A stretch of DNA of 61,956 bases, counting the filler. It is 7 parts of 7 records of this genome, joined end to end, with 100 filler letters (N's around TTAATTAATTAA, not from the genome) between each part and the next. Parts side by side here need not be neighbours in the genome. Positions count along the whole stretch, not along the records: positions 45,141 to 61,956 come from SRR31156797_25633; 6 more parts are not named here. One strand, given 5' to 3'. The notes under the pieces were generated by a model that saw only the letters and a list, made by a program, of their open reading frames with translations, did no database searches and was not told the DNA's origin. Shown here piece by piece: positions 60,665 through 61,956 of this stretch; positions within the stretch are counted from its first letter, which is position 1; each line of letters begins with the position of its first letter. Made by a program: the position numbers and the translations under genes.

Positions 60665-61876
60665 ATGAACAGTATTATCCCCCGCCAACGCGCTCTTCGC
60701 ACCCTGTTAAGCCAGACATCACCCATACCGCCCACAGTAGTGCCGCCCTTTGAAGGTGTCGGCAATGCCACCGCCGAGGCTGTGAATGCTGCTTGTCAGG
60801 TCCCGGAAAACGCATGCTCTGTCAGGGATGGATATGCTTTACGCGCGGTCGATATTGAACGGGCAACTGTTTTGAACCCGGTCCGCCTGGAGGTCAAACA
60901 AGCCATACACGCGGAATCCCGAGACCCGAAACATCTCGGCCACGGAGAAGCGGCCAGAGTGCTCACTGGTGGACCTGTACCAGACGGAGCCGATTCCGTA
61001 CTGGCCGAAGAAGACATTGAAATCGACGGATCAACCATCATTGTTCGTGAGCCTGTTCGCAAGGGCTGGTTTGTCCGCCCTGCCGGTGGTGAGATCGATG
61101 CAGATACGCTCATTGCCCCACAAGGACAGATCATATCGCCACAGGCCGCAGCCGTCATGACCCGCACACGAACCGGGTTGATCAAAATTCACCCCACCCC
61201 CACGGCACGGCTTATTGCGCTTGGCAGCGAGTTGATAGACCCGACCATCCATGATGATCCCACCCGTTTCCCGGCAGACAATCTTGTTCTACAACGCGGC
61301 CTCTTTGAATCAAGTGGCGTTGCTGTTATCGACGCAACAGTCGTCCCCGACAACAAAGACACACTTATTTCAATGCTCAATGGCCCGATACTTCCCGAGC
61401 TGATCGTCACGACCGGCGGCACAGGCCGAAGTGAACGGGATTTCGCACAAACAGGGGCTCTCGAAAGCGGATTCACCATGCTTTTCGAAGGAGTGGACAT
61501 ACGACCGGGGCGCCACGTCTTTGCCGCTGTCCGTGACAACACTCTGCTTTTCGGCCTGCCCGGACCGCCCGCCGCAGGCCATGCCTGTTTTCACGCGCTC
61601 ATCCTGCCCGTCATCCGCCGTTTGCGTGGATTACCTGACCAATCCGAACCGCTCATGGCCCGATTCACTCAAGGTATCAGCGCACGTCCCGGCAGCGAGT
61701 GGCTCGTTCAATGCGCTCTGTCGCTGCAAGGTTCACAGCTTACGGCGACACCTTTGGCAGGGAAAGATGTCCCTCCCATGGTTGGCCTCTCCCAAGCCAA
61801 TGGAGTAGCCATTCTCAAAGGTGGAGAAGCCATTCTCCCCGGCGAAGAGGCCGAAATTGTGACTACTTTATTTTAA
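60665..61876 (+). CDS. moeA: Molybdopterin molybdenumtransferase
   Basis: SVRDGYA, TGGPVP.GAD.V..ED, TTGGTG, RPG, GLPG.P. Confidence 0.9.
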   Translation: MNSIIPRQRALRTLLSQTSPIPPTVVPPFEGVGNATAEAVNAACQVPENACSVRDGYALRAVDIERATVLNPVRLEVKQAIHAESRDPKHLGHGEAARVLTGGPVPDGADSVLAEEDIEIDGSTIIVREPVRKGWFVRPAGGEIDADTLIAPQGQIISPQAAAVMTRTRTGLIKIHPTPTARLIALGSELIDPTIHDDPTRFPADNLVLQRGLFESSGVAVIDATVVPDNKDTLISMLNGPILPELIVTTGGTGRSERDFAQTGALESGFTMLFEGVDIRPGRHVFAAVRDNTLLFGLPGPPAAGHACFHALILPVIRRLRGLPDQSEPLMARFTQGISARPGSEWLVQCALSLQGSQLTATPLAGKDVPPMVGLSQANGVAILKGGEAILPGEEAEIVTTLF

Positions 61877-61956
61877 AAATACCTCCGGCGGCCGAGGGAG
61901 GGAAACCCCTTTGAAAAGGGTTCTTCCCTCCCCTTCCCCCAGACCCCCATCCTCTC
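61877..61956 (+). repeat. Probable palindromic interspersed repeat (REP-like) at the window end
   Basis: CCTCCGGCGGCC...GGGAGGGAAACCCCTTTGAAAAGGGTTCTTCCCTCCC hairpin followed by CCCCCAGACCCCC. Confidence 0.5.

Overview
The window is not one chromosome segment. It is seven unrelated contigs joined by artificial 100-nt spacers (44 N + TTAATTAATTAA + 44 N), most likely from an anaerobic metagenome; all taxon labels below are inferred from protein style and composition. (1) 1-7478, Methanosarcinales-like archaeon: large secreted repeat protein plus coupled partner, an ArsP-permease/redox cluster, and a TrmO-like/methyltransferase fusion. (2) 7579-19551, spirochaete-like: AraC-regulated sugar oxidation/ABC cluster, with deoC apparently cut by an IS end. 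(3) 19652-25030, low-GC bacterium: MetY-like enzyme, double-Hpt CheA, MCP. (4) 25131-32649: complete phosphonoalanine catabolic (pal-type) locus. (5) 32750-39715, Desulfovibrionaceae-like: orphan HATPase, queF/yhhQ, OlsF-like, groES/groEL. (6) 39816-45040, Desulfobacteraceae-like: Cache-HAMP-PAS kinase/NarL pair next to fatty-acid genes. (7) 45141-61956, Desulfovibrionaceae-like housekeeping region. The most notable signals are in contig 7: a solitary podovirus tail-tubular-A-like gene with its own transcription signals (candidate dispersed gene transfer agent component), a sigma54-driven four-hairpin small RNA candidate, and a DsbA/FrnE selenoprotein (UPFC plus SECIS) missed by the ORF track.
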